A stretch of 64,000 nucleotides of DNA from a virus. Positions 50,072 to 59,861 of the stretch are shown here, one piece after another. Every line of letters starts with the position of its first letter. Position 1 is the stretch's first letter. Below the pieces are notes generated by a model that was not told the origin of the DNA, searched no databases, and saw only the letters and a list, made by a program, of their open reading frames with translations. The stretch is taken from IMG/VR virus record IMGVR_UViG_3300042541_003876, positions 13,742-77,741 of that record; one strand, given 5' to 3'. A program made the position numbers and the translations under genes.

Positions 50072-52117
50072 TTAAATTACTTGTGATATCGCATTTTCGG
50101 TTGTATTGAAATAAGACATTCCTATAATATAATTCGCTGATACTGCCTCTGCGTTATTCGCAAAACTTGCTAATCCTGTATTTATTGGTATTGATTTTAT
50201 AGAACTCCAAGCACCTTCAGTTAAGATATTCAAAATAGGTACATTCTTTTTTACCTTATCAATTTTGTTTAGATTGCCACTTTCTAATTTTACATTAATA
50301 GTATTTATATTATCTCCTTTAACAAAGAAATTCATATATGATGTTTGTAAAGTGTTTTTTAAATTAATATTTGTGTTAATTCCAGATGATGATATTAAAC
50401 TTATAGCTGAACCACCTCCTGTATCTGTATATTTATCTAAAATATCAATTGTACTATTAGTATTTACATGAAATATTGAATCAACAGATGATGTTAATCT
50501 ATATTGAGAAATCGTTGATATTCTCTCTACTCTCAAATAACCAGATATATCAAAAACTTTTCGTGACGAATACGGTTTAAAAAACAAATCATTTCTTCCA
50601 ATCAAAAGTTCTGTTTCATCAGATGTCATTCCACTTAACCCTGTATATAATTTCTTTTCATAGCCTATATTGAATATGTCTAATAAGTATTTCACTTGGT
50701 CACAATTAATATTAACACTTCCGTCATTTATTGTTTGAATAAATGATTGAGTACTTGACGTTATTTCCAAAGTAGTGCCTGAAATATTTACCGAAAATCC
50801 TATTTGATTATTACCATCAATTTTAATTAAAGGTATAATTGGAACTTGTGTTGAACCTTTAACCTGAATACCTGCTTCTAAATAGGGAGAACCATCACCA
50901 TTTGTAAGTAATGTATAAGTTGCTGAACTCATAGATTCTTCTATTTTAAGACCTGATAATACTGGTGAAATAAAAAGTGTTGAATCTATTGTGTCTGTTG
51001 TACTTATAACAGAAGTTTTATGATTTATAACTCCAAAATTATTTATATTAATTAAAGTTCCTTCACCTCCAATTTCATAGCTAATACTTCTATTTAGAAC
51101 ACCTACTGTTTTTGGCATTAAATCCCATAATCTTTCTGTATCAACTGCATAATCTTCAGTACCATTATAAAATAATATTACATTATTTTGCAACCAAATA
51201 GAACAATTATTAATTTCTAATATTTTATCAGTCGTTAAATCCGATAGTATCCTTAATTTTTTATAAGGGTTTTTAGGGTTAATTCTCGAATAAACCCCAA
51301 GATCATTACTCCCTCCTGTTTCACCAATACATCTTCTAAGATATTCCTCAAAAGTTTTAAATGGATCATTAAGTGTTCCTTTCGCTGTTTCAATTCCATC
51401 AATTAACTCTGCTTTTTCAATCCAATTTGAAGGTCTTATAAAGTTCACATCTAAATAATAATCAAAAGAATTTGAACCACCTCCTGGTGAATTAATATTC
51501 AAATTTCCATTTCCATCTTTAAACGTAATTAAATTATTTGATAAAATTTTAGAGAAGCCATGAGTTTTAGATCCAGGAAAAAATTCGTACAAAGAAATTG
51601 CATCTTCAGAACCGCGATTAAAAAAGTCAATTTCAGAATTTACAGAACCATCATCTTGTTTTAATATTTTTTGAGTTGCAGAATTTAATTTTGCAATTTT
51701 TGCATTACCAGTTGTTGTAGATTTTCCATTAAAAAATTCTACACCAACGCCTTCGTTTTCTAAATTATTTAAAAGCCCTTCATTAATTTCAATTACGATT
51801 TTTAAATAATCAGAATATTTGATAAAATTGAAAGATTTTCCAGAATAATCAAAACCGTATGAAACAGTATCAACAGGGTAAGTATAATTGCTTGTCAAAA
51901 GTTTTGGTACTGCAGATAATATGTTTGTCATTTCAAGCCAAATATATTCTTCTGATTCTTCTTGGAAAAAAATAATTTGTCCTTTATAAAATCTAAAATA
52001 TAAAAACTGATCAGCTGCTAAACCTGCAATTAAACTTGCTTTGTTAAGAGATACTAATTTTTTGTCTAAAGGATTTTGACCTTGCAAGTCATAATTTTCG
52101 CTTACTGGAGTTCCCAT
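50072..52117 (-). CDS. tail spike/fibre with a probable beta-helix domain
   Basis: N-terminal QNPLDK docking-type motif, YYLD...GTLNDPFKT motif and I/N/S-rich strands. Confidence 0.7.
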   Translation of the reverse strand: MGTPVSENYDLQGQNPLDKKLVSLNKASLIAGLAADQFLYFRFYKGQIIFFQEESEEYIWLEMTNILSAVPKLLTSNYTYPVDTVSYGFDYSGKSFNFIKYSDYLKIVIEINEGLLNNLENEGVGVEFFNGKSTTTGNAKIAKLNSATQKILKQDDGSVNSEIDFFNRGSEDAISLYEFFPGSKTHGFSKILSNNLITFKDGNGNLNINSPGGGSNSFDYYLDVNFIRPSNWIEKAELIDGIETAKGTLNDPFKTFEEYLRRCIGETGGSNDLGVYSRINPKNPYKKLRILSDLTTDKILEINNCSIWLQNNVILFYNGTEDYAVDTERLWDLMPKTVGVLNRSISYEIGGEGTLININNFGVINHKTSVISTTDTIDSTLFISPVLSGLKIEESMSSATYTLLTNGDGSPYLEAGIQVKGSTQVPIIPLIKIDGNNQIGFSVNISGTTLEITSSTQSFIQTINDGSVNINCDQVKYLLDIFNIGYEKKLYTGLSGMTSDETELLIGRNDLFFKPYSSRKVFDISGYLRVERISTISQYRLTSSVDSIFHVNTNSTIDILDKYTDTGGGSAISLISSSGINTNINLKNTLQTSYMNFFVKGDNINTINVKLESGNLNKIDKVKKNVPILNILTEGAWSSIKSIPINTGLASFANNAEAVSANYIIGMSYFNTTENAISQVI

Positions 52118-53067
52118 TACGTTGTAAAATTAATGTTAATAGTGTTTTCTGTTGGTGAAACTAAATCTTCATCATTATCGATTTTTAATAATTTAATTTC
52201 TAATGTACCGGTGATGTCTGCTAAATTGTCTTGAACAAAAGATATATCTGCTTGAAGTCCGGAGTTTCCGCGATCATCAATTAATATTTCAAATTCTTCT
52301 GAAATGTTTTCAGTGTATCTTTTGTTGAATCCATTCGCTGAGATAACGATTTCATTATTGTTTCCTTCTGGCCAAGCTGTTGCTTCATCTAAATTAATTT
52401 CAATAGAAAATAAAGCTTTTTTATTTATTCTACCATTGGTAAGTTTAGAAATTAAAAATCGACTTATTACACCTTCGTTTAATTCTGTAGTATAAGATTC
52501 ATTTTTATATTCTGCTAAACCAAGTATATTAAATGCAATATAATTTATTACTCCAGAAGTTACAGATTCATTAGCTGCTGAAAAATATATTTTTTGGTAA
52601 GGTTCACCAGTTCCAGAATAGGTTTCAAATTTTAAACGATAAAAATCATATTTCACAATTTCATCGTTTGGATATAAAAGCTGGGTTCCGTCCAAAGAAA
52701 GTTTTCCAGCAAATAAATCAAAATCTCTGATCAGAATTCTGTCAGAGGATTGATTGATATCTATAAAAGATTCTAAATTCAAAACTTCATTTTGATTTAC
52801 ATCATCTTCATAATTTTCTCCATTCGGCGAACCTGGATTTGTAGACAAATTAATTTGAACGGTTGATATATTACTTACTAAATCATCTTTGTAAACGCGA
52901 TATTTTAATTTTGCAAATGGAGTTCCTACATCATTAGGATTTTTCTTTTGAACATTAATTACTGTTACCGCAGGATATTTAAAATTAAGCATTGCAGCAA
53001 CTCCATCAGCTAATAAATCAACTTTTGAATCAATTTCTAAAAACTCTATATCTGTAAAATTACTCAT
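52117..53067 (-). CDS. putative tail structural protein (Ig/cadherin-like strands)
   Basis: 316 aa, acidic and beta-rich, coupled to its neighbours. Confidence 0.55.
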   Translation of the reverse strand: MSNFTDIEFLEIDSKVDLLADGVAAMLNFKYPAVTVINVQKKNPNDVGTPFAKLKYRVYKDDLVSNISTVQINLSTNPGSPNGENYEDDVNQNEVLNLESFIDINQSSDRILIRDFDLFAGKLSLDGTQLLYPNDEIVKYDFYRLKFETYSGTGEPYQKIYFSAANESVTSGVINYIAFNILGLAEYKNESYTTELNEGVISRFLISKLTNGRINKKALFSIEINLDEATAWPEGNNNEIVISANGFNKRYTENISEEFEILIDDRGNSGLQADISFVQDNLADITGTLEIKLLKIDNDEDLVSPTENTININFTT

Positions 53068-54049
53068 AACTTAATTTAAAATAAATGCTTGATGGAGTAA
53101 TGAATTCTCTTGAAACAAAAATAATTCTTTTATTTTTTTCGTCGATATACACTTCCATAGCCGAAATAATATCGTGACCTAAAATATCGATAATTTTTAG
53201 ATTTTCATTTAAATTTCCTTCAATTACAAATCCATATCTACCAAGATAAGCAAATGAGTGTTCAAATCCTGCTTTAACTTGATTTTCTGAGTAAACTACT
53301 TGCTGTTCAAGAAAATCATCTGTAATATCAGATTCATTATTAATGTATTGGTCTTGACCATTCAATTGAATGACCCAAATTTTACCCATTGTATCATCAT
53401 AAGTTTCTCTACAATTATCAGAGGTACAGTAATCTTGACAAAATTTAGCATCCATTTCCTGCTTTGTCATTTTTTGAATTTGATAAACAGCTTGCATTCC
53501 TTTATCAGTTGGCATTGCATCATGACCACGCGCTGCCATACATTCATTTTCCCATTCAATTTTATATTCTCTTCGTTGTTGGGAGGAACCCTCTCCGGTA
53601 AATACTTTTGGTGAATAAAGTTTAAAAACAATAAAAGCTACAATCGCTTCTTTATGATTCATTGGAATTACAGGATTTCCTTCACCATCACATGCGAGTA
53701 CCCAATAATTAAAAGCAACTTTATCTCTTTTGTAGGTGTCGCAAATTACAATGTGACTTGGTGAAACATAAATTTTATTTCCACACAATCCGTCTGCACA
53801 CATTCCTTTTTCGTCGAGCATTACAAAATCAGCGGGTTTCGTGATATTTTTTCCGTCAAAATTTCCATTGCCTTTATTGTAAATCATTCTTTTACGTTTT
53901 AAGAATCCGGACCATGGATTGATTTCATATTCTGCCCGGGAAATCAGATTCCTGATCTCGTTGTAAAAAGGTCGCATGTTGGAATATCCAATCTCCTGTT
54001 TTACATCTTCAATCAATTCGGTAAAACTGTAATAACTGCTATTTAACAT
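53060..54049 (-). CDS. tail ring / tubular protein (P22 gp4-like, crAss-type) with a C-terminal extension
   Basis: KPADF...NY...DGEGNPVIP...EAIVAFI motif and synteny. Confidence 0.75.
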   Translation of the reverse strand: MLNSSYYSFTELIEDVKQEIGYSNMRPFYNEIRNLISRAEYEINPWSGFLKRKRMIYNKGNGNFDGKNITKPADFVMLDEKGMCADGLCGNKIYVSPSHIVICDTYKRDKVAFNYWVLACDGEGNPVIPMNHKEAIVAFIVFKLYSPKVFTGEGSSQQRREYKIEWENECMAARGHDAMPTDKGMQAVYQIQKMTKQEMDAKFCQDYCTSDNCRETYDDTMGKIWVIQLNGQDQYINNESDITDDFLEQQVVYSENQVKAGFEHSFAYLGRYGFVIEGNLNENLKIIDILGHDIISAMEVYIDEKNKRIIFVSREFITPSSIYFKLSYE

Positions 54050-54554
54050 TTCTTGGTAATTTAAAAAGTGAAACGATCTTGTGGTCTTTTTTTAATTCTC
54101 TTGCGAATTTTAGCTTTTCAACATTGAAAAAACTTTTAAACTCTTTTTCCAGAACCGGTAATTTATTTGAACTTCCAGTCATTTTTTTTAAAGTTGTATA
54201 AAGCAATGAAGTGATAGGTCTATCGTACCAAAAATAACCAACTGAAGTTGATGTTTTTTTAATCTTATTCTGTATTCCAACCTTATAGTTAGACTCATCT
54301 TTTCTAATCCATCCACCGCATTTATTAAGCCTTAATTTTCCCGTTAAAGGAAAATAGTAAGTTTTGTTTAAAAACAATACTTCATTTATGTATATAAAAA
54401 GAAACTTTGAGATTATTTTTTTATAAACCTCAAAGCTTACTTTTTTCTTTACGTTATAGGGAACTCCGTTTTTTGGTTCCGTGAATTCATTATAACTATC
54501 TTTTATTGTGTAGACTTTGAAGTCTGGTCTCTGACCATCTTTTTTTTCTGCCAT
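54039..54554 (-). CDS. IHF/HU-like protein of the crAss-like structural module
   Basis: Basic, with YKKII..F...YFPLTGKLRLNK. Located beside the tubular protein gene. Confidence 0.65.
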   Translation of the reverse strand: MAEKKDGQRPDFKVYTIKDSYNEFTEPKNGVPYNVKKKVSFEVYKKIISKFLFIYINEVLFLNKTYYFPLTGKLRLNKCGGWIRKDESNYKVGIQNKIKKTSTSVGYFWYDRPITSLLYTTLKKMTGSSNKLPVLEKEFKSFFNVEKLKFARELKKDHKIVSLFKLPRNVK

Positions 54555-55264
54555 TATTCTTCAATATTAAATTCATTTTGATAAATTACATTGTCTTGTC
54601 TTGCATTTTGAATTTCATCTTTTTTGTATTGAGTAGTCAATTGAAATTCTTTGAACGCAATTTGACTTTTTAATTCAACCAACCTTTCTGACGGAAATGG
54701 ATAAATAGATTCTTCCCAATTGTAATTTGGATCTTCCGAAGGATCTGCAAATATTCCTGAGAAATCCAAATCTATTTTTTTTAAAAAACTTTGTTCTTTT
54801 TCTAATATAGAAAGAATCGAATATAATTCTCCAGATTTATTTAAGCAATTTGATTTTTTAGGAACCTGAATAATCAAATTTTGATTTACAGTTTTTCCCT
54901 GAAGCAAATTTTTAGCAAATGAGTTTTTTTTACTTAAGTCAAATGATTCTGAATCTACAATTGGAATATTATAATATTCTTTATTAAGAAAAAATCCTGC
55001 ATGTCTTTCAAGTCTAATGATTTTAGGAATTTCCGCAACATAGTCACCTTTTAAAGATTTAGTAAAACTTAATGATATTTTTTGAATTACTTCATCATTT
55101 ATATTAATGCCATTTTTATATTGTCTTCGAATCGAATCAGCACGATAAGTTTTTAAAATCTGTCGCATCAATCTTTCACTGATTACTTCATCATTATTAT
55201 GAACAGAATTACGAACTGCATTAATCAGTTCATAAACAATATGATATTCACTGTTTGTAGTCAT
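54554..55264 (-). CDS. tail ring protein (crAss-type)
   Basis: D.ISER...YRA...GIFADP...YPFP...D..NA pattern. Confidence 0.7.
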   Translation of the reverse strand: MTTNSEYHIVYELINAVRNSVHNNDEVISERLMRQILKTYRADSIRRQYKNGININDEVIQKISLSFTKSLKGDYVAEIPKIIRLERHAGFFLNKEYYNIPIVDSESFDLSKKNSFAKNLLQGKTVNQNLIIQVPKKSNCLNKSGELYSILSILEKEQSFLKKIDLDFSGIFADPSEDPNYNWEESIYPFPSERLVELKSQIAFKEFQLTTQYKKDEIQNARQDNVIYQNEFNIEE

Positions 55265-55266
55265 TT

Positions 55267-55938
55267 CTATCTATTTTTTTTACCAAAACTCTGAGTCATT
55301 TGATAAGTACTTGCTGCAGTAACATCACCTGTTGTAACTCTCAATGAATCTGCTGTTTTTAAAAGAATTTTTTCAATTGCGACATTCGATAAATTAACAA
55401 TTCTATTTGTCAAATTATTTCCATCGGCAAACAAAGGTTCTTTGACATAAGAAACAAGACAGTTATCATAAACTGTGGTATCGTCTCCTACATCAATTTT
55501 AAAGAAATTTTCCAAACGAAATACATTTGGATATTCTGCTGAAGCTTTTCTAAATGGATCACGTGCATAAGATATTGCTTGTCCTTCTTGCAAAGTTGCA
55601 GGCTTTTTAGCTTTAATCATATCGTTACCACTTTGATTAATTACCGGAAGTAAGCCGACTAATCTAAAATAATCGGCTGGCTCCGGCACATTCCAAATGT
55701 TTTTTAATGGTTCTAAAGCATCCTTAGTAATAGTAAATCTTCTACGCACCAAAATGTTTTTAATCTGGTCCGAAGCTCCCTGATTTATCTCAAGGTCTTT
55801 TGTTTGCTTGTGAATAAAATCATAAGTGATTGTAATGAATCGGTCAAGCTTTACCGGTAAAGGGAAATAATCACTTCCCATTTTATCCAGCAAAGAATCT
55901 AAATACTGATCACACCATTCTAAGGAATACCTATCCAT
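55267..55938 (-). CDS. head-tail ring/adaptor protein
   Basis: PADYF, DPF and SYVKEP motifs, plus synteny. Confidence 0.7.
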   Translation of the reverse strand: MDRYSLEWCDQYLDSLLDKMGSDYFPLPVKLDRFITITYDFIHKQTKDLEINQGASDQIKNILVRRRFTITKDALEPLKNIWNVPEPADYFRLVGLLPVINQSGNDMIKAKKPATLQEGQAISYARDPFRKASAEYPNVFRLENFFKIDVGDDTTVYDNCLVSYVKEPLFADGNNLTNRIVNLSNVAIEKILLKTADSLRVTTGDVTAASTYQMTQSFGKKNR

Positions 55939-55941
55939 CTT

Positions 55942-56757
55942 TTAATTATTTAAAACGTTTTCTTCTTTTAATCGATCACGAACAAGTTTTTGATGTTCAG
56001 CATAAATTATTGCATTTTGTTCGTACCAAATGATTACATGATCAATTCCACCACCTACAGGTCTGTCATCAATCTTGTAAACTCCACTGAATTCTTCAAT
56101 AATTTTTAATCTAATCAATTCATTGATATAAAAAGTCATTTCAGTTTCTTTCATGTTATCCAAAACTTTAAGAAGTTTCTCGGCATTTGGAATACTTTCC
56201 TGTACGTATTTATCAAGTTTTTTGATAAGCTCATTTACACGTCTGCTTTCTTCAGTAATGTCAGTTCTATATGACAATCCAAAGTTTGAAGCAATCCAAA
56301 TTAATTTTTCTAAAGAAAGAGGATTTTTATCATCATAAAGACGCGCTCTTACTTTAATTAATTTTACTTCTTTTTTATACTTATCATCATCGACTTTATC
56401 GACGTTGGTAATGGTGAATTTCGGATTGTCGACTTTATATCCTTCTCGTACAAGCTTCATGTGTTCTTCTGAATTCATCCCACCAATGTAAACATTTGGA
56501 TGCTGAATCAGCACTGAAATGTTATGATTGTCGTACAATTTTTTTGGATTAAATAGTATTGACGCTCTGTCAATAAACAACGTGTCTGTCTCTCCGGATT
56601 CTGTTAAAAATCTCATTTTGTCAGTAACTTTTTTTCCTACTGGCACAAATGAATTAATGTTAGTCAATGAGAATTTTTTAATGTCAGTTTTTACCTCTAA
56701 CTTAAATCGTCCGTCAATTACAACATTTGTTTTTCCGAGTTTTACAAATTCGCTCAT
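55942..56757 (-). CDS. conserved head-module protein following the MCP
   Basis: 271 aa with a C-terminal winged-helix-like segment (LKIIEEFSGVYKIDDRPVG). Synteny fits. Confidence 0.6.
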   Translation of the reverse strand: MSEFVKLGKTNVVIDGRFKLEVKTDIKKFSLTNINSFVPVGKKVTDKMRFLTESGETDTLFIDRASILFNPKKLYDNHNISVLIQHPNVYIGGMNSEEHMKLVREGYKVDNPKFTITNVDKVDDDKYKKEVKLIKVRARLYDDKNPLSLEKLIWIASNFGLSYRTDITEESRRVNELIKKLDKYVQESIPNAEKLLKVLDNMKETEMTFYINELIRLKIIEEFSGVYKIDDRPVGGGIDHVIIWYEQNAIIYAEHQKLVRDRLKEENVLNN

Positions 56758-56782
56758 AAAAAATTATTTATTGATTAATATT

Positions 56783-56806
56783 AAAAAAGCGGGATAAACC
56801 CGCTTT
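56783..56806 (-). terminator. intrinsic terminator after the MCP
   Basis: Minus strand AAAGCGGG-tttat-CCCGCTTTTTT. Confidence 0.85.
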
Positions 56807-56823
56807 CCCTTTTTTTGTTATTA

Positions 56824-58536
56824 TTACATGATGGCTGGGATATTTCCTAAGCCTGGAGTTCCAGACATTACACCTCCATTGTATTTTCCAGTTCCTCTAA
56901 TTACTGCACAAGAATCCTCTACATAAACGATAGGGAATAATTCTGACAAGTAGTTACAGAAAGCACCATCAAATCCGGATGCAGCAAACATAGAGTTTCC
57001 TCCATTTGCCAATGAATGCATACCGTCCACATATTTCTTAAGGAAATATCTGCTGTTACCTCTGGAGAAAAGTTCGAAATTCGATACTCCTTCAAATGGT
57101 GTAACATTGATGATGTACATATTACCGTTACCTACCATACCACCGTTACGGTTATTTAAACCTGGGTGAGAGAATAATTCATCTAAGATGAAAATAAACT
57201 CATTGTCATTGTAGGTGTAAGAAGTCACTTTAAACCCTAATTTAATTTCTTGATTGGTTTCAATGTTGAAATTAATTTGAGTTGTATGTCCTGCAGGAGT
57301 TGCCGGACCTTGACCGCTTGGGTTCCATCCCATTGCTCTTCTCATTGCTTGATGATAGTGTCTTTGAGCAATACCGTCACCAATTACGATGTAAGTATTT
57401 CCTTGGGCACCAGCTGGAGAGTTTGCAGATAAAATATCAGAAATACCTTCGATGAAACCAAGATTAAATCCTGTATTCACATCATAAGATAAATCGATAG
57501 TATCTTTAATTTGTCTCACCCAACCATCAGATGTTTTTGGTGGCGTAATACCTGCTTCCGGATTCATCCCGATTGGAGATAAAGTGTTTTTACCAAAATT
57601 CTCAAACCATGAGTGCGTTGAAGCATCCATTGTAGTAGCAGAAAAACGACATGCTAATTCTAATGCAATTCCAAAGAACTGATCAGCTTCCCACTCTTTT
57701 TCAAACTGCCACAAGTTATCTTCCTGACGAGCACCTTTCATAGCGCTTACTTTAGAAGATGGTGAACACCACTGTACTTTTCTTTGGTCAAGTGCATTAC
57801 CTGTGAAAGAAAGCGTATAACGGGAAATGAAAGAATAGAAAATCTTCCAGTAATCCTGAGTGTGACGTTGGTAACCTCTCATGGAACCTTCTCCGTAGTA
57901 GTTACCACCCTCCATTAATACTTGATCTTCTGCAAGACCACCTGCGTTAAAGTCATTAGCTTGACCAATTACTTTACAGTCAAGAATTGCGTGATCTCCG
58001 GTAGAAGAATAACGAATTCTTTGAATCCAGAATAATGTTCCAAGACCTGAATCCAATACGAATGAATCTTGTGGGTTAAATTTATCTCCAAAAATACCAT
58101 TTGCAGGATCGTGCTTAATTGGTACGGATGCTAAAACATCGGTTTTAACAGTCGTAGACGTAACACCACCTGTATAAGTAACTGTAGTTACTGCGGTCAT
58201 ATCTGGACTCGGATTTGTTGCATCATGCCATCCACCGATTACTGCTCCACCTGTAGTGTATGCCGGTTTGATGTTCAATGATTTGAATTTTACACGATAA
58301 GCATTATCATGAATTTCTTTGTCGGCACTTGGAAGTCTTACCCATCCTGCTCTTGTTCCACCATCGATACGACCGGTATGAATAAGCCAAGATGTAAACT
58401 TGTTGTAACGCTCAAATTTGCTGATCACTTTATTGTGAACCGCGAAATCCTTGTTCATGTTACTGGTCAAGGATAATTCTTCTGTGTGAATCTGAGGGTT
58501 AAATGTCTCTTGTACCCCTCTAAATAATTGTGACAT
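56824..58536 (-). CDS. major capsid protein (HK97 fold, crAss-like)
   Basis: 570 aa after portal and scaffold, with its own terminator. Motifs YGEGS, R...FTG.A, DGWVRQI, LGF..TSY and LFSHP. Confidence 0.85.
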   Translation of the reverse strand: MSQLFRGVQETFNPQIHTEELSLTSNMNKDFAVHNKVISKFERYNKFTSWLIHTGRIDGGTRAGWVRLPSADKEIHDNAYRVKFKSLNIKPAYTTGGAVIGGWHDATNPSPDMTAVTTVTYTGGVTSTTVKTDVLASVPIKHDPANGIFGDKFNPQDSFVLDSGLGTLFWIQRIRYSSTGDHAILDCKVIGQANDFNAGGLAEDQVLMEGGNYYGEGSMRGYQRHTQDYWKIFYSFISRYTLSFTGNALDQRKVQWCSPSSKVSAMKGARQEDNLWQFEKEWEADQFFGIALELACRFSATTMDASTHSWFENFGKNTLSPIGMNPEAGITPPKTSDGWVRQIKDTIDLSYDVNTGFNLGFIEGISDILSANSPAGAQGNTYIVIGDGIAQRHYHQAMRRAMGWNPSGQGPATPAGHTTQINFNIETNQEIKLGFKVTSYTYNDNEFIFILDELFSHPGLNNRNGGMVGNGNMYIINVTPFEGVSNFELFSRGNSRYFLKKYVDGMHSLANGGNSMFAASGFDGAFCNYLSELFPIVYVEDSCAVIRGTGKYNGGVMSGTPGLGNIPAIM

Positions 58537-58651
58537 AATTTTGTTGTTGTTTTTAAAATAGTAAATAAAAATTTTTGATGAAGATTTTTAAAACTATTTC
58601 ATCGAACATGCCGACTACTCTTGTTAAGTGAATTATAATTTAACATGCAAA

Positions 58652-59803
58652 TTATCCCCCACGTCCTGCTACAAACATTGGTGTTGCATCAAGTTGTTTT
58701 TGATCATCTTCGATCGTTGGTAGTTTCCAAGAATCCAGTCGATTCGCACCGCCTTGTGCTTTTGATGAATTTATTGCTGCTGAGATAGGTGATCGAGATT
58801 GCTGTGTGCCTTTGTCGCGAATGGCCGTCACAGCATCTTTAACACCCTGTCCGTATGTTGCCCCACCTAATAAGCTTTCAATCGCTTCAAGGTTTTTTGT
58901 AAAAAAGGCGAACTTAGCAACTAGGTCCGGATTACTATTGACTGTTTTAGTAAACTCTCCTGAGGTGATTTCGTTGTAAACTTCCTGAGCCTGCTCAGCG
59001 TTTACATCTACACCAAAGAATTTACCTCCTGAAACTATATTTTCTAAAGAGCCTTGAAGCTTTAATCTGCTTTGCGCAATAGCTTGGTCTCTTCTTTCTT
59101 GTTTTTTTGTGTTAAGATTCTGTTTTTGTGCTTCAACAGTATTCTTGTAATTTGCAATTCCGTTTCTGATATTATCAGCATACATTTTTGCTTGGTGTTC
59201 TGATTGAGTAATTTCTTCAACAGTTGCTTCCAAATCAATTTCAAAATCTTCAGTTCCTACCAAATGTGATTTACCTAAACTTTGATATTTTTTGATAAGT
59301 TCATCACGAGATTTGATTCTAATAACTTCTGCATCTGGTTGTTTTAAAAAGTTTTCAGCATTTTGCAATTCATTATTTAATCTTTGAAATTCTTGATTTT
59401 CAACAAAATCTTCTGATTTTTCTTCTTCTTTTACAGGAGCAGCATAACCTTTTTGCTGTAATCTTTGGATCAATTCTTCTTCACTTAATTCATCAGTTGA
59501 TTGTTTTTGAGCATACTTGTTTACGAGCTCATCTTCAAATTTTACTTTAGGTTCAGGATTCGTAGTTCCTGCTGGATTTGGATTATCAACACCGTTAACT
59601 GCTGGTGCGTGAGTTGCGGAAGGTTGTAGATTAGATTCATTTTGTGAGTCCGGCTGAATGGGCGCTTGATTTTCAAAATAAGACGATGGCTGAATAAGAC
59701 CTCCATCTTCTTCTATCATTTGAAATGGATCACTAAACACATTAAATGGCGAATCGCCGGTACCTTGTGAATTATCACCTTGGTTGTTTTCAAAATCTGA
59801 CAT
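58652..59803 (-). CDS. putative capsid scaffolding protein
   Basis: Acidic disordered N-terminus plus coiled coil, between portal and MCP. Confidence 0.7.
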   Translation of the reverse strand: MSDFENNQGDNSQGTGDSPFNVFSDPFQMIEEDGGLIQPSSYFENQAPIQPDSQNESNLQPSATHAPAVNGVDNPNPAGTTNPEPKVKFEDELVNKYAQKQSTDELSEEELIQRLQQKGYAAPVKEEEKSEDFVENQEFQRLNNELQNAENFLKQPDAEVIRIKSRDELIKKYQSLGKSHLVGTEDFEIDLEATVEEITQSEHQAKMYADNIRNGIANYKNTVEAQKQNLNTKKQERRDQAIAQSRLKLQGSLENIVSGGKFFGVDVNAEQAQEVYNEITSGEFTKTVNSNPDLVAKFAFFTKNLEAIESLLGGATYGQGVKDAVTAIRDKGTQQSRSPISAAINSSKAQGGANRLDSWKLPTIEDDQKQLDATPMFVAGRGG

Positions 59804-59835
59804 AATATTGTTTTAGTTGATTGTATTAATTGTTA

Positions 59836-59843
59836 CAAAAGTA
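59836..59843 (-). promoter_or_regulatory. Bacteroidota-type -7 promoter element (TACTTTTG)
   Basis: Matches TAnnTTTG in the 58-nt gap upstream of the scaffold/MCP genes. Confidence 0.55.
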
Positions 59844-59861
59844 TATTTAATTTTTATAAAC

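Noticed and set aside
46740-52117. Diversity-generating retroelement or invertible fibre cassette
   Set aside because: No reverse transcriptase, recombinase or template/variable repeat pair is visible in the window.
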